In this document: positions 11,790-23,959 of the stretch, in pieces
How the letters are laid out: each line of letters opens with the position of its first letter
How positions within the stretch are numbered: position 1 is the first letter of the stretch
Assembly (NCBI GenBank): GCA_951406725.2
Contig: OX597819.1
Coordinates: forward strand, 31,186,001-31,250,000
Source: Octopus vulgaris
Lineage: Eukaryota
Length of the DNA: 64,000 bases
Reading direction: 5' to 3'
Translations under genes and position numbers: made by a program
The notes under the pieces: generated by a model
The model's input: only the letters and a program-made list of their open reading frames with translations
Databases searched by the model: none
What the model was told of the DNA's origin: nothing

Positions 11790-13150
11790 GATAGGTAATA
11801 TATAACTACAAATAAGCATTTGATCAACAAGTCATTTGAAAATAAATACCAAACTTTTCAAAATAAGCCTTGTTCTTGCAGAGTAACATCACACATCCAG
11901 TGGATCATGCTCACCTCATTTCTTTCCAACTTTGCACATCCTCTGAATTCATTGTCCACGTTTCACTACCATACAGTATCAGAGGTTGTACTCATGCACT
12001 GTACAATATGCCCTTTACTGGGAGAGGGAACCTCTTACTCAGTAGAGGTAACAGCTCCCTGAATTTTTTCCACCCTTTTCTAATTCTGGCCACTACTCTT
12101 TTAGTACACTGTCTAGAGCCCTCTAAGCACTGCAAGAAATTTACTTTACTTGTTCTAATGGTTCACTACTTCAGCATGTTTACCACAGAAAAAGTCTATT
12201 CACTGTCAGCCTACAGTACCATTGATTCCACTACACCTCTTGTGCACTCACAGATCAGATAAGGTACATGAAATTTCTACCTACTTCTTTTCTACATATT
12301 AACCTTGATCATTTCCCCAATTGTACTAGTGTCTCGTCCTCTTTCCTATTTACTAAAACTTTAATCATTCCAAAGATTACTCTGAGGTATCTTGATTCTG
12401 GGTTTTGTTTCAACATCTGGAATATTTTCTCTAAATTTCTCAGTCTCTGCTATAAAAACTAGGTCATCAGCTTTCATGGGCATCTGGTTTTAAACTCAAC
12501 TTGAAGACAATAAAAAACAGAAAGAGACTAAGAACTGAACTCTGGTGGATACCTCCTTGCACTCCAGATTCTTCACTGAAATCATTTCCAACCCTCACTT
12601 TCTTTACTGACTGCATCTCTGTATATGGCTTGCACAGCTCTCATCAGCCATTCTTCAATACTTTTGTTTCCTTAGTGACTACCAGGCTTTAGACTGTGGT
12701 GCTTCTCTAGACCAACAAATACTAGGTAGAGGGGCTTTCTCTTGGCTAGGACCTCCTCTTATAGTTATCTACAAAGAGAACATCAGTGCTCTTCCAGTCA
12801 AGGACATAACCAAACTGAATCTTATCTTTAGATAATATTATTTCCTAATCGATTGTGCTAAGACACTTTTTGTAACTTATATAGTTTAGTTCATCAGTTG
12901 CTCTGTGTTGCTTCTTTCAAGACTATCTCCTCTGCTCTTGTAACAATTGATGAGTATATTGCTGCACCAGTATTTAAGTTTGACATTTCCCAGTATGAGT
13001 TGGTTGACTTGAGAGTGACTAGCTTGCATCTTATTTCACCAGATATTTTTAGCATCTCAGTGACTATATCAGCTGCACAAACTGCTTTCTGTGACTTCAT
13101 AGCCTCATTTGAACCATTTGAATGTGGAAAATGTATTAGAAGGAAGGTCA
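11790..13150 (-). mobile_element. Decayed RTE LINE reverse-transcriptase region
   Basis: Remnants such as DIVTEMLKISGE, GGIHQSSVLS.FLF.IV, P.KADDLV and a C-terminal GRG-type segment, broken by stops and frameshifts. Confidence 0.7.
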
Positions 13151-13747
13151 TCTCAAAGCTTGCCTAACTAAAGAGTCAGCTATTGAGGCGAATGGTTCAA
13201 ACGACCGTTCAGGCTATGAAGTCAAGGAAAGCAATTTGTGCAGCTGGTATAGTTGCTGAGATGCTAAAAATGATAGTGGTACACTTTCCATAACTGTTTA
13301 ATTAGAAGAAATCTCTGGTAGTGACATCTTTAGGACTCTTTTTTCTAGTTAAGTTATGCAAAGTATACCACTATGATTTTGGACACACTTTTGCCTCCAA
13401 CATCTTAGTTCATCTTGGCACACTGCCTTGCAATTTGAAACACCTCAAATCTCTCATTCATTCAGTGCTGAACACCAGTAAGCCTTCTCTTTCTAGCTTC
13501 TCCCCACATAATATAAACTTATCATCAAGCTTCTCTTCTAGCAATGTGGTATTCTGCTTAGCTGTCTTCTTTCTTCCCCAAGAAAGTAATTTAATTTCAG
13601 ACCTTACAACTTTTTTAGTCAAGTTGCTAGGATCAACCCCCAGGTGGATTACTAGGATCATGAAGAAGGGAGAGAAGGGTGTGGGATGAAGAATGTGTCA
13701 AGGATGTATGAGTTAATGAACAGATCGTATTGTAGAGAGGAGAGGGG

Positions 13748-13754
13748 ATATATA

Positions 13755-13822
<68 letters not shown>
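13748..13822. repeat. (TA)n/(TATG)n microsatellite
   Basis: Direct reading. Confidence 0.95.
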
Positions 13823-13827
<5 letters not shown>

Positions 13828-14132
13828 GGCCTCATGAAGGCAATGACCAAGACCTTTGGCATTATGTTGTGCTTGAGAAGAAAACCCATCAAGCCAAGCA
13901 AAATTGCAGTTGTGGCAGATACCGGTGTCATGCAAATTGGCACCTGTGCTGGTGGCACGTAAATGCACTTGAGTGTCACACAAATGGCACCCATGCCGGT
14001 GGCACATAAAAGCACCCATTGCACTCTTGGAGTGATTGGCATTAGCTGTAGAAAACCATGCCAAATCAGACTGGAGTCTGGTGTAGTCAAACCATCCAAC
14101 CCATGCCAGCATGGACAACAGATGTTAAATGA
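13823..14132 (+). mobile_element. RTE LINE 3' end
   Basis: ORF2 C-terminal remnant followed by the GCCGGTGGCACATAAAAGCACC 3'UTR unit and tail. Confidence 0.72.
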
Positions 14133-14185
14133 TTATATATATATATAGAGAGAGAGAGAAAGAGAGAGGGGGAGAAAGAGAGGGA

Positions 14186-14217
<32 letters not shown>

Positions 14218-14789
14218 TGAGGAATATAAAATAGACAAAAATTTGTCATAAAATTTTTATTCTGAGACATCAACAAATGTTACTAAATTTAAATAATTTC
14301 ATCAATTAGCCTTTTTCTCTGTTCAGCTTACTGTGTCAATAGAAAAAGTTTGATTCATATGCGATACCTTAAGCACATAGTAAGACAGAATCTATATATA
14401 TAATCTTAATAAAAAATTTGAAATCAGACAAAGATTTGTGGATTTCCAACTGGCAATGACTAGTTCTATTCCTACACCAACCAAAATAAGAATATTCTAA
14501 TACTAAACACAAGTCAAGATGGAGAATGTAAGATTAATCTTTAATGAGCTGAGCAGAAACCATCTACAATATTTAATTCTGCTAAACCCAGTGAGGGATA
14601 AGCATTTTAAACAATAAGTAACATTTAAATACTTTTAAAATCTAATTAAAATTATGTGTTAGTAAATCAGTTCAGTTAAATTGCTGGTCAATTATGTTTA
14701 AGAAAGTTAATGAGTTAAGAAAATTCAAGCCTAAATAGCACTTATGTAATATCTTGTCTTTAAAATGAAAATGTAGATATTTCACTTAC

Positions 14790-14851
14790 CCTATTTTAGT
14801 AAAGAGTTTACCATGTACATTTAAAAAACTTTGAACAAATCTTCGATTTAG
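14790..14851 (-). CDS. SMG6: SMG6 exon 10 (LNRRFVQSFLNVHGKLFTKIG)
   Basis: Acceptor TCTTTACAG|C, donor GG|GTAAGT, 62 nt. Matches LNKRFILSFLHAHGKLFTRIG. Confidence 0.95.
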
Positions 14852-15097
14852 CTGTAAAGAATAAACAGTAAATTGAGTAATTTGTTTACAAATATTTAAC
14901 TGCAGTGAATTAATTTCAAACTGAATGGATTTTGTAGATACTGCTTTATAGTACATGTTTTACAAATTAATAAAATAACCAAGGTAATGTATTTGGCAAG
15001 AATCCTTAATGTACAGTATGACTAGCAATGAAAAAAGCTAATGAAGAATGCCTTTTGACTGCTATTCAAGCTATATTGACAGAACCATAACTACTCA

Positions 15098-15622
15098 ATC
15101 ATCATCATCATCATCATTGTTTAACGTCCGCTTTCCATGCTAGCATGGGTTGGACGTGTGACTGAGGGGTGGCGAACCAGATGGCTGTGCCAGGCTTCAC
15201 TCTTGATCTGGCAGAGTTTCTACAGCTGCATGCCCTTCCTAATGCCAACCACTCCGAGAGTGTAGTGGGTGCTTTTACGTGCCAGTCAGGCAGCACTGGC
15301 AACGACCTCGCTCGAATCTTTTACACATGCCACTGGTGCGGGTGCCAGTAAGGCGATGCTGGTAACGATCACGCTCGAATGGTGATTTTTACGTGCCACC
15401 GGCACGGAGGCCAGATAGCCACACTGGCAATGATCACGCTCGGATGGTGCTCTTAATACACTACTGGCATGGGGCTCGAGTGCCAGTAGTGTGAAGCTGG
15501 TAACGATCACGCTCAAATGGTGCCTTTTAAGTGCCACTGGCACAGAAGCCGGTTGGCCGCTCTGTCAATGATCACACTCGTATGGTGCTCTTTGCACCCC
15601 GCTAGCACGGACGCCAGTCATT
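15098..15622 (-). mobile_element. RTE 3'UTR with ~60-bp internal tandem units
   Basis: (CAT)n tail plus about 5 units containing GATCACGCTCGAATGGTG. Confidence 0.78.
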
Positions 15623-16467
15623 GATTTTGATTTTTGATAAATAAATGTGTACAAACTGGCTGGGGCACTCCATTGGTTACAACAAATACTACAGTTAATT
15701 TGATCAACTAAACAGCCTGCTCATGGAATTAACTTGCAAGTGGCTGAACACTCTACAGACACATGTACCCTTAATGTAGTTCTTGTGGAGATTCAGTGTG
15801 ACACACCAAATGTGACACAGCTGGCCCTTTGAATTACAGGTACAGTTCATATTTGCCAACTCAGTGGATTAGAGCAAGGTGAAACAAAGTATACTGCTTG
15901 AGGACACAAAGCACCACTGGGAATCGAACTCACAGCTTTACAATTGTGAGCCAAATATACTAAACACTAAGCTTTTCTTCATTACTGCCTTATTTTCAGA
16001 TAAGAAAAAAAAATTGGCAAATACAAAACCTGTTTTACTCCAACTTCTTTAGAAACATTGATATTTTATAAATAACATATGAAATAAAAACTCAAAAAAA
16101 GCATGATATAAGAATTAATGCTTATTGTAGTTTTAAAAATGTTGGCTACAAAGACTAAGACTAGCTATTTCCTCAAATAAAAGCAAAAGAGGCTTTTAAA
16201 TGAAAAAGGCTTCTTAAATGAGAAAAACTTTCTGAATGGCATGCCTAACAAAAAGTTATCATGAATCATTTCAGTTGCGCCGCCTGCCTGATGATGAATC
16301 ATATCACATGCAGCTCACTTCTTAAAAAAGTTGACCATACCTGCTCTAAGCAGTTGCTTCAATTGCTAGAAATGGCAGCTAAATTTTCCTAAATCTCATC
16401 CTACCATAAATAAAAGATATATCAGATGTGGTAGTTCTTGGTATGGCAATAATAACAATAAGAATAA

Positions 16468-16918
16468 TCCTTTCTACTTTAGGCACAAGGCCTGAAATTT
16501 TGGGAGAGGGGACTAGACGATTACATTAACCCCAGTGTTTCACTGATACTTAATTCATCAACTCCAAAAGGATGAAAGGCAAAGGTGAGCTTGGCAGAAT
16601 TTGAACTCAGAATGTAGCGATGGGCAAAATACCACTAAGCATTTTGTCCAGCATGTTAACAATTGTACCAGCTTGCCGCCTTAATAATAACGATAATAAT
16701 AATCCTTTCTACTAAAGGCACAAAGTCTGAAACTTTGGGAGAATGGATTAGGTCAATTACATCGACCCCAGTGTTTCACTGGTACTTAATTTATCGACCC
16801 TGAAAGGATGAAAGGCGAAGTCAACCTCAGTGGAATTTGAACTCAGAACATAAGGACAGATAAAATGCTGCTAAGTACTTTGCCCAGCATGCTAATGATT
16901 CTGCCAGCTCACCACCTT
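16468..16918 (-). mobile_element. Two tandem older family-A-related SINEs
   Basis: Two successive copies with the GATGAAAGGCAAAG...GAATTTGAACTCAG core, separated by (AAT)n. Confidence 0.8.
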
Positions 16919-16977
16919 AATAATAATGATAATAATAATAATAATAATGATAATAATAAATATTCTGTATTACTAAC

Positions 16978-17154
16978 TTTATCCAGTGGCAATTTGGATA
17001 GATCCTCCTCGTATGAGTCTTCCAGTTTATCTTCATGACTAGTACCATCAGGAGCAACCCAAATTTCTCGTCTCTGGCCCTGCTGCCGCTGTTGACTTTT
17101 CAACTTTTCAATTTTCTCTCTCTCAGCCATTCGTTTCTTCTCAGAAGCTTCAGC
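16978..17154 (-). CDS. SMG6: SMG6 exon 9 (AEASEKKRMAERE...RREIWVAPDG...LSKLPLDK)
   Basis: ORF 16909..17259, acceptor TTTCAG|G, donor AAA|GTTAGT, 177 nt. The REIW motif corresponds to RLEIWIHP in vertebrate SMG6. Confidence 0.9.
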
Positions 17155-17332
17155 CTGAAATATCAGTCTGCAATTTACAAAGATGACAACAACAGAGAAA
17201 AAAGGACATTGAAATACTTTTAGCCTGTATCTCAGATTTGCAAGAATGAAACTATTCATCTAGATCACATGATAATATATCTAAACAACACAATGTTTTT
17301 GGTAGGCTTCAATTTCAAGTCCAACATTTTAA

Positions 17333-17500
17333 CCCTTTAGCATTTAAACTGGCCACAGCACACCAAAGCTACAATATAATTGTGAAAATAAACAACCCCA
17401 TCATTGAGATCTTGAAGCTACAAGAGAATGTATTTATTAATTCAAAACAATGTGAATAAAGAAGTATTACATTTGTCAGGGTAATCAGAATGCTAAAGGA
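17333..17500. mobile_element. piggyBac-like MITE, family 2
   Basis: TTAA|CCCTTTAGCATT ... AATGCTAAAGGA|TTAA. Related copies at 31644-31868 and 62799-63006. Confidence 0.72.
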
Positions 17501-17529
17501 TTAAACATACACATACCATACTTCTCAAA

Positions 17530-18084
17530 TCTCTATATCTATAAACAGCAAAATGTCTGTTTATCTGTGTGTCCTTTATACAAATCCACAGTTTTTCACA
17601 TAAAAGGCTCGCATTTTCTATGGGCTTTCAAAACTGTCTGAGAGTGGTCGTGAAGATCTTTTCATTTCCCCAGTCACCCCAGAAAGCCATTAAAAAAAAT
17701 CGATAAACTGACCCCTTATGCCCATAAGTTATGGACATATCCATTCAAAATTGCTAAAACAGAAATTTGTACATGGTGCGTGTGTACTGCTAGATATGCC
17801 AATAGACTGTCAACTGTTTTTTGACTGGATGGAGATAATTTTACCCTTGACAGTTGAATGCGCATGCACATTTGCAGAAAGTCTGTACAACTCAGCACAT
17901 TTTTGTGTTTTGCGAAGAAATTTTATGTGTTCTGGCTTTCAAACATACACGCTTTTTTGATTTGAGAAATGCAGGGAATAATTAACGAGTTAGACCAAGT
18001 GAAAGACAAGAGAGCGGGATTTTCATGAAAGACCAAATATGCTTGACTAGCACTAGACCCAGCAACACCGGGTCATAGTGCTAG
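17530..18084 (+). mobile_element. Non-autonomous Helitron-like element
   Basis: 5' A|TCTCTATATCTATAAA, 3' GC-rich hairpin GACCC...GGGTC ending in CTAG, no TIR or TSD. Second copy at 63011-63343. Confidence 0.68.
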
Positions 18085-18159
18085 CTAACGTTAAACATAC
18101 AATCCTAGATCTAAAGTTTTTAATAACTATATATATTTTCTTTTTACATTATTTACATT

Positions 18160-18545
18160 ATGTCAGTGCCGCCTGACTGGCACCAGTGCCAGTGACATGC
18201 AAAAAGTACCATTCGAACATGGAGGCTGTCAGTGGCACATAAAGAGCACCATTCAAGTGTAACAGATGCAAGTGTCGCTTGACTGGCACCTGTACCAGTG
18301 GCATGTAAAAAGCACCATTAGAAAGTGGTTGATGCCAGTGCCGCCTGACTGGCTCCTATACCAGTGGCATGCAAAAAGCACCCACAACACACTTGGAGTG
18401 GCTGGCGTTAGGAAGAGCATCCAGCTGTAGAAACTCTGCCAGATCAGATTGGAGCCTGGAGCAGCCTCCTGGCTTACCAGTCCTCAGTCAAACCGTCCAA
18501 CCCATGCCAGCATGGAAAGCAGATGTTAAATGATGATGATGATGA
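18160..18545 (+). mobile_element. RTE 3'UTR with internal tandem units
   Basis: 3-4 units GTGCCGCCTGACTGG...AAAAGCACCATTC and a (GAT)n tail. Confidence 0.78.
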
Positions 18546-19280
18546 TTATTTACTTAATAAATAAAGATCAACAAAGGGAAAAAGTCATCCCATACTTATT
18601 GGATTAACATCTTAATTAGCTTTAATTAGATACTTTGACACCTTAGTCAGTAAGTAAATACTTCAGTGAAAACGTCAGAAGTTATATAAACTTGACAAGT
18701 AAAACCAATGCTATATTATGCTAATGTTGAAAATGGGTCTCAGTGACAATTTATCATTCAGTTACTTTCTCGTCTACATAGGGCTCCGTGTCCAAAATAA
18801 TATAAGCTTTTATCTTTTATTTGTTTCAGTCACTGGATTACAACCATGCTGGGGCATTATCTTGAAGGGTTTTACTTGAACAAATTGACCCAAGTGCCTA
18901 TGCATTTTGTTTTGTAAAGCCTGGTATTCCATCACTGTCTTTTGCTCAACAGCTAAGTTACAGGGACATAAACAAACCAACACCAGTTATTAAGCAGTGG
19001 AAGAAGATGACAAGCACTGACACACACACACAATAAGCTTCTACAAAGTTTTTGTCTACTGAATTCACTCAGAAGACATTGGTCAACCTAGGGTAACGGT
19101 AGAAGGTGCTATGCAGTGGAACTGAACCAAAAACCATGATTGCAAAGCAAGCTTCTAAATCATATGGCCACGTCTACATATAAATGGAAAAAAAAAACCT
19201 TTTTCTCTGCATGGTTCTATATTGAATTCAAGCAGTCAAACACATGTACAAATTACAAAGTGGTGAACAAAATCTCTTAC

Positions 19281-19391
19281 CCTTTTTCTGGCTTCATCAA
19301 ATAGTGACATTAAACTCTCCCGTGCTGTCATAAAAGGATTACTGGCAGCAAGGCTACGCATATAGTAATAAACAGAATCTAACTTCCGTTT
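19281..19391 (-). CDS. SMG6: SMG6 exon 8 (KRKLDSVYYYMRSLAASNPFMTARESLMSLFDEARKR)
   Basis: Acceptor TTTTTCCAG|A, donor AGG|GTAAGA, 111 nt. Hallmark YYYMRSLAASNP motif. Confidence 0.96.
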
Positions 19392-20194
19392 CTGGAAAAA
19401 AAAAAATGATAAACATTTTATAGTTAAATTTTTTTTCTAAATATTTGGAAATTGAATTATCTAAGACGAGTTCTCAATCATTTTTTTCTCTATAAACCCC
19501 TTTGATTACTATTTTATTCTGGTGGATCCTCATAGCCATTCAACGCTTAAAAACTAGCTTTCTAGAAACGTCTTTCAAAACTCCTATTTTGATTTTCATA
19601 CATTAACTTGTGTAGGTTGGACTATGTAAAATGTTAAAGAAAGAAACTTAGCTGTTTCTTGAAATACATACAACTAAAGCAAAATCTTTTAAAGGGCTCT
19701 ATTGTGGATCTCCAATTTACTATTTTGTTACGTGGACCCCAAAAAGTCTTATATGGAGCCTCGGTGGGGTCATATGAACCTCAGTTGAAAACCACTGATC
19801 TAAGATAACACTCAAAGTATTTGTAAATCCACAAACCATGCTGGTGTCACATAGAAAGAGAAAGCAGTGGTGATGGTGCTATGTAAAAGGAACCCAGTAC
19901 ACTCTGTGGAGTGGTTGTCATTAGGAAGGATACCCAGCCATAGAAACCAAGCTAAAGAAGACTATAGAACCCTGGTGTGGCCCCTGGCCTTGCAAGTTCC
20001 TGTCAAGCCATCTAACCTATGCCAGCATAGAAAACAGATGTTAAATGCTGATGATGACGATGGTGGTGAGATGACTTCCACTGATCCGTCATTTCTTAGC
20101 GTACAAAGTTACAAAATCTCACAGATTTTCACAGAATTGCAAATATAAGTATCTATGTCATCTGCTTAGTGTCAGCGACTGATGAGAGATATTC

Positions 20195-20568
20195 TAACAA
20201 TAACTCTGAACACCTTTTCAAACTCCACCTGTCTAACACTTATGGACATGTTTACAAGGTCAGAAAACAGCACAGGTCCCATGACTTTTGGAAACATTTT
20301 TCCATGCTAAGAGTTGCTGAAGTATGGAACAAACTGCTGGCATCAGTTGTTAGTTGTCGGAGCAATGCATCCTTCAAAACTTCCATGCTTCCTGAGATTC
20401 GCCAACACTACACCTGATTTTCTCCCCTCCATACACACGCATGCATGTATCTGACTCATACACTGTTCACTTCCCAGACATTTGTACATTACTGCATATG
20501 CTTTATACACACTTTTGACAAGTTGTGGTGCACCTGAGCACTGTATACAATAATTTCATTATTATTAT
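20195..20568 (+). mobile_element. CR1-clade LINE 3' end
   Basis: ORF 20169..20417, HLFKLHLSNTYGHVYKVRKQH...RVAEVWNKL. Same family as 9130. Confidence 0.82.
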
Positions 20569-20632
20569 ATTCTCCATGATAAAACGCAGTGAGTAGCTTG
20601 TTCTCCAGCTCAAACATGCATCAGGCATATTC

Positions 20633-20924
20633 AGACTGGCGTTTCGTGTCCGTTGCCAGCCTCGCCTGGCCCTCGTGCCGGTGGCACATAAAAAGCACCA
20701 TCCGTTCGTGGCCGTTTGCCAGCTCTGTCTGGCACCTGTGCGGGTGGCACGTAAAAAGCACCCACTACACTCACGGAGTGGTTGGCGTTAGGAAGGGCAT
20801 CCAGCCGTAGAAACACTGCCAGATTTGACTGGGCCTGATGAAGCCTTCTGGCTTCACAGACCCCAGTAGAACCGTCCAACCCATGCTACCATGGAAAACG
20901 GACGCTAAACGATGATGATGATGA
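20633..20924 (+). mobile_element. RTE 3'UTR fragment
   Basis: Reverse complement of the 7198 copy plus extra units. Confidence 0.78.
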
Positions 20925-21169
20925 TAATAACATTGCGATATATGTTCTTTATATTTAACATGACTTCCCCAATAGACTTAAATTAAGTTTTTTTTTTTCC
21001 TAGTATGTTTTCTTCTTTCCTGCCATTCACTGTCTCACATTCATAGACATTCGTATTGATGTGTGCATGCAGATACTGACACATGTTCTTACACCTTATG
21101 ACAACACATTGTCCTTTTTCACCTAACCTTTTCTCCCTACCTTGTTGTTTTAAGGTCTGTGTGAGTATT

Positions 21170-21545
21170 CTTTTATTCTTTTACTTGTTTCAGTCATTAG
21201 ACTGCAGCCATGCTGGAGCACTATCTTGAAGAATTTTAGTTAAGCAAACCAACTCCAGTACTTATTCTATCAGACACTTTCTGCAAAACTAATAAGTTAC
21301 AGGGGTGTAAATACACCAACACCAGTTGTCAAGCAGTGGTGGGAGATACAGACACACACATACATACACATACTCACTCACACGTTATATATATGAGCTT
21401 CTTTCAGGTTATGTTAACCAGATCTACTTACAAGGTTTTGGTCAGTTTGAGGCTATGGTAAAAAAATACTTGATCAAGGTGCCTCACAGTAGGACTGAAC
21501 CTAAAACCGTGTGGTTGGGAGAACTCCATACCACACAGCCATGCC
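21170..21545 (-). mobile_element. SINE family B
   Basis: Reverse-complement similarity to 10611 and 39211. Confidence 0.75.
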
Positions 21546-21579
21546 AGTGTCTATATGTACATATAGCGAAAAAAGGGTA

Positions 21580-21915
21580 AAGACCCCCTTCGGTCACAAA
21601 TGATCATGGGATTGCACCTAGAAAGTTCCCCTCCAAGGCACAAGCCTGGGCAAGGTTGTTTTATGGAAGACCAGCAATTGCCCATGCATACCAGCTTCCC
21701 TTCTCCACCCCACTGATGTTATCCAAGGGAAATCCGAAGGCCAATACAGCTTGGCATTAGTGACATCACTACTCATTTTTACAGCTGAGTGAACTGGAGC
21801 AACGTGAAATAAAGTATCTTGATCAAGAACACAATACACAGCCCAGTCCAGGAATTGAACACACTACCCCATGATTGTAAGCCTGACATTCTAACCACTG
21901 AGCCATGTGCCTTCA
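21580..21915 (-). mobile_element. SINE family C
   Basis: Same family as 25958. Confidence 0.82.
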
Positions 21916-22407
21916 CATGTACATATATAGCTAAGATGATATTGCATGTTTGTTTGTGTGTGTGTGTGGTTGCATGTATTTGTTTGACCTTGACCTTGAA
22001 AATTACTCTGATCTGCTATTCACTCATACAGGATAAATAGATAATCAGCCTTCAACATCTGGTATAAAGCCACCTCCTGCTCTCACAAATACTCTCTCAC
22101 TCAGCTGAGGAGACTTCTTTTTCTTTCTTTACTTTATCTTGCAAATTACTTGGCAAACTCACTAGTGCTAGTGTCATGAAAATAAAAGAAAAAAAATATA
22201 AAAGTACCCAAAAAACACTGTAAAGTGGCTGGTTTTAGAAAGAGAATCTACCTACAGAAACCATACCACAGAGCTGTGCAGCTCTTTGGATCTTGTCAAA
22301 CCATCTTGTCAAACCATGCCAGCATGGAAAATGGACCGTAAATGATGATGATGAGGAGGAGGATAAGGATAAATGCAGCTACCAAGAACTACACTATTTA
22401 AAATACC

Positions 22408-22633
22408 TATTTCTTTACTACCCACAAGGGGCTAAACACAGAGGGGACAAACAAGGACAGACAAAGGGATTAAGTCAATAACATCGACCCCAGTGCGTAA
22501 CTGGTACTTAATTTATCGACCCCGAAAGGATGAAAGGCAAAGTCGACCTCGGCGGAATTTGAACTCACAACGTAACGCAGACGAAATACCGCTAAGCATT
22601 TCGCCCGGCGTGCTAATGTTTCTGCCAGCTCGC
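22408..22633 (-). mobile_element. Young SINE family A with 19-bp TSD
   Basis: TSD CTACACTATTTAAAATACC at 22389-22407 and 22634-22652. Confidence 0.9.
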
Positions 22634-23118
22634 CTACACTATTTAAAATACCACAGATATAATGACAAGGACCTACACAGGGTACTGCAGATAGAGTAAC
22701 AATGTTGGGGAAAAAGTCAATAATATTATGTACATTGAAATTTACCAATGTTAAAACCTTTTCTGTGTAACAATAAAATTCCCTTTATATTTAATTCATA
22801 TAAATATATATATAAACATTCTGTAAGGACACCTGCTGTCATTGCCTTTTTTTTAAAATATATTATAAGTATAATAATAGAAGCAGCAACAGCAGCTCAG
22901 TATCACATGTTTGACATGCCCTTGACGTTACCTTTTAAACTAATAGTTTCATTTTTTTCAATCAATCATTTTGTTTTTGTTTGCTTGTTTTTTTTTTTTT
23001 ACATTATTTCATTTTTGTAAGTTTTTATTCAACATCATCAATGACAACAGCTGCTACTGAGTGCGTGTGTACCACACACACAAACACACATATATACATA
23101 CATACATATATATATATA

Positions 23119-23249
23119 CAGGGTGTCCAAAAAAAATGTATACACATAGTGGTTCGGCAAAAGAGAACGATAGAATAAGTACTAGGCTTACAAAGAATAA
23201 CAAATTTACAATTATTTAAGGTATGTATACATTTTTTTGGGACACCCTG
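23119..23249. mobile_element. Tc1/mariner-type MITE with TA TSD
   Basis: TA|CAGGGTGTCCAAAAAAAATGTATAC ... GTATACATTTTTTTGGGACACCCTG|TA. Confidence 0.8.
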
Positions 23250-23959
23250 TATATATAAAATAAAGTTATTTTATTCCACATGTGTAGACATATATACATA
23301 TATATACATACACATATATATACACACATATATGCATGTCTATATGCTCACATCACCCCTCAATCCATTGCAACCTTTCAGCATCTCCCTTGTCTGTAGC
23401 TGTTTTTTTAATCACTATATAATTTCCTACTGTCTTCCCACCACACTTCACTTTAATGCTGAACATGAAGGAGCCTTTATGCGATTGCTCGACTCATCCA
23501 GCTAGAAATAGTAGCCAAATCCCTCTCAAATCACAACCTATCATCACAAGAAAGGATACATTAGATAATGTACTTTTAGACATCGTAAAGAAGGATGGCC
23601 ATGGTTGGAGTACATTTTGACAATAGGTTTGTTTAATCAGAGTTGACTTGGAACAAAACAACAGGTGTTTCGTTCATTTCCCCAGTACTGCCATAAACCT
23701 TTAAAAACTTTCTTTCTCTCCCACCATGATGAAATACTTTACTCAAATAATTTGCTTGACTGATCTCAGCTGAATTAGCCTCATATACAAGAGATATTTC
23801 AGTTTTTGTCTTTTGCATATGCTCTCTAAAATTCTTCATTTAGGCTTTAGAACTTAAGTAAAGATGCTGGGTTCAAATCCAGTTGATAGCTACATAATTA
23901 AATATTTATGTTGACATCAGAATGGCATAAAATTACAAAATCTTTGTTTTTTCTTTATT

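Noticed and set aside
13633-14148. Overlapping ORFs with YI/IY/VC runs
   Set aside because: Translations of (TA)n and (TATG)n microsatellites plus RTE sequence.
17333-18084. Composite piggyBac-MITE plus Helitron element (the pair is adjacent here and at 62799-63343)
   Set aside because: The MITE abuts the Helitron 5' end at one site and the 3' end at the other, so the junctions differ. Coincidence of abundant families is more likely.
20178-20230. CTGATGA as another hammerhead core (also near 16288)
   Set aside because: No properly placed stem II plus GAAA and no closing stem I. The 20178 site is the junction of a CR1 fragment.
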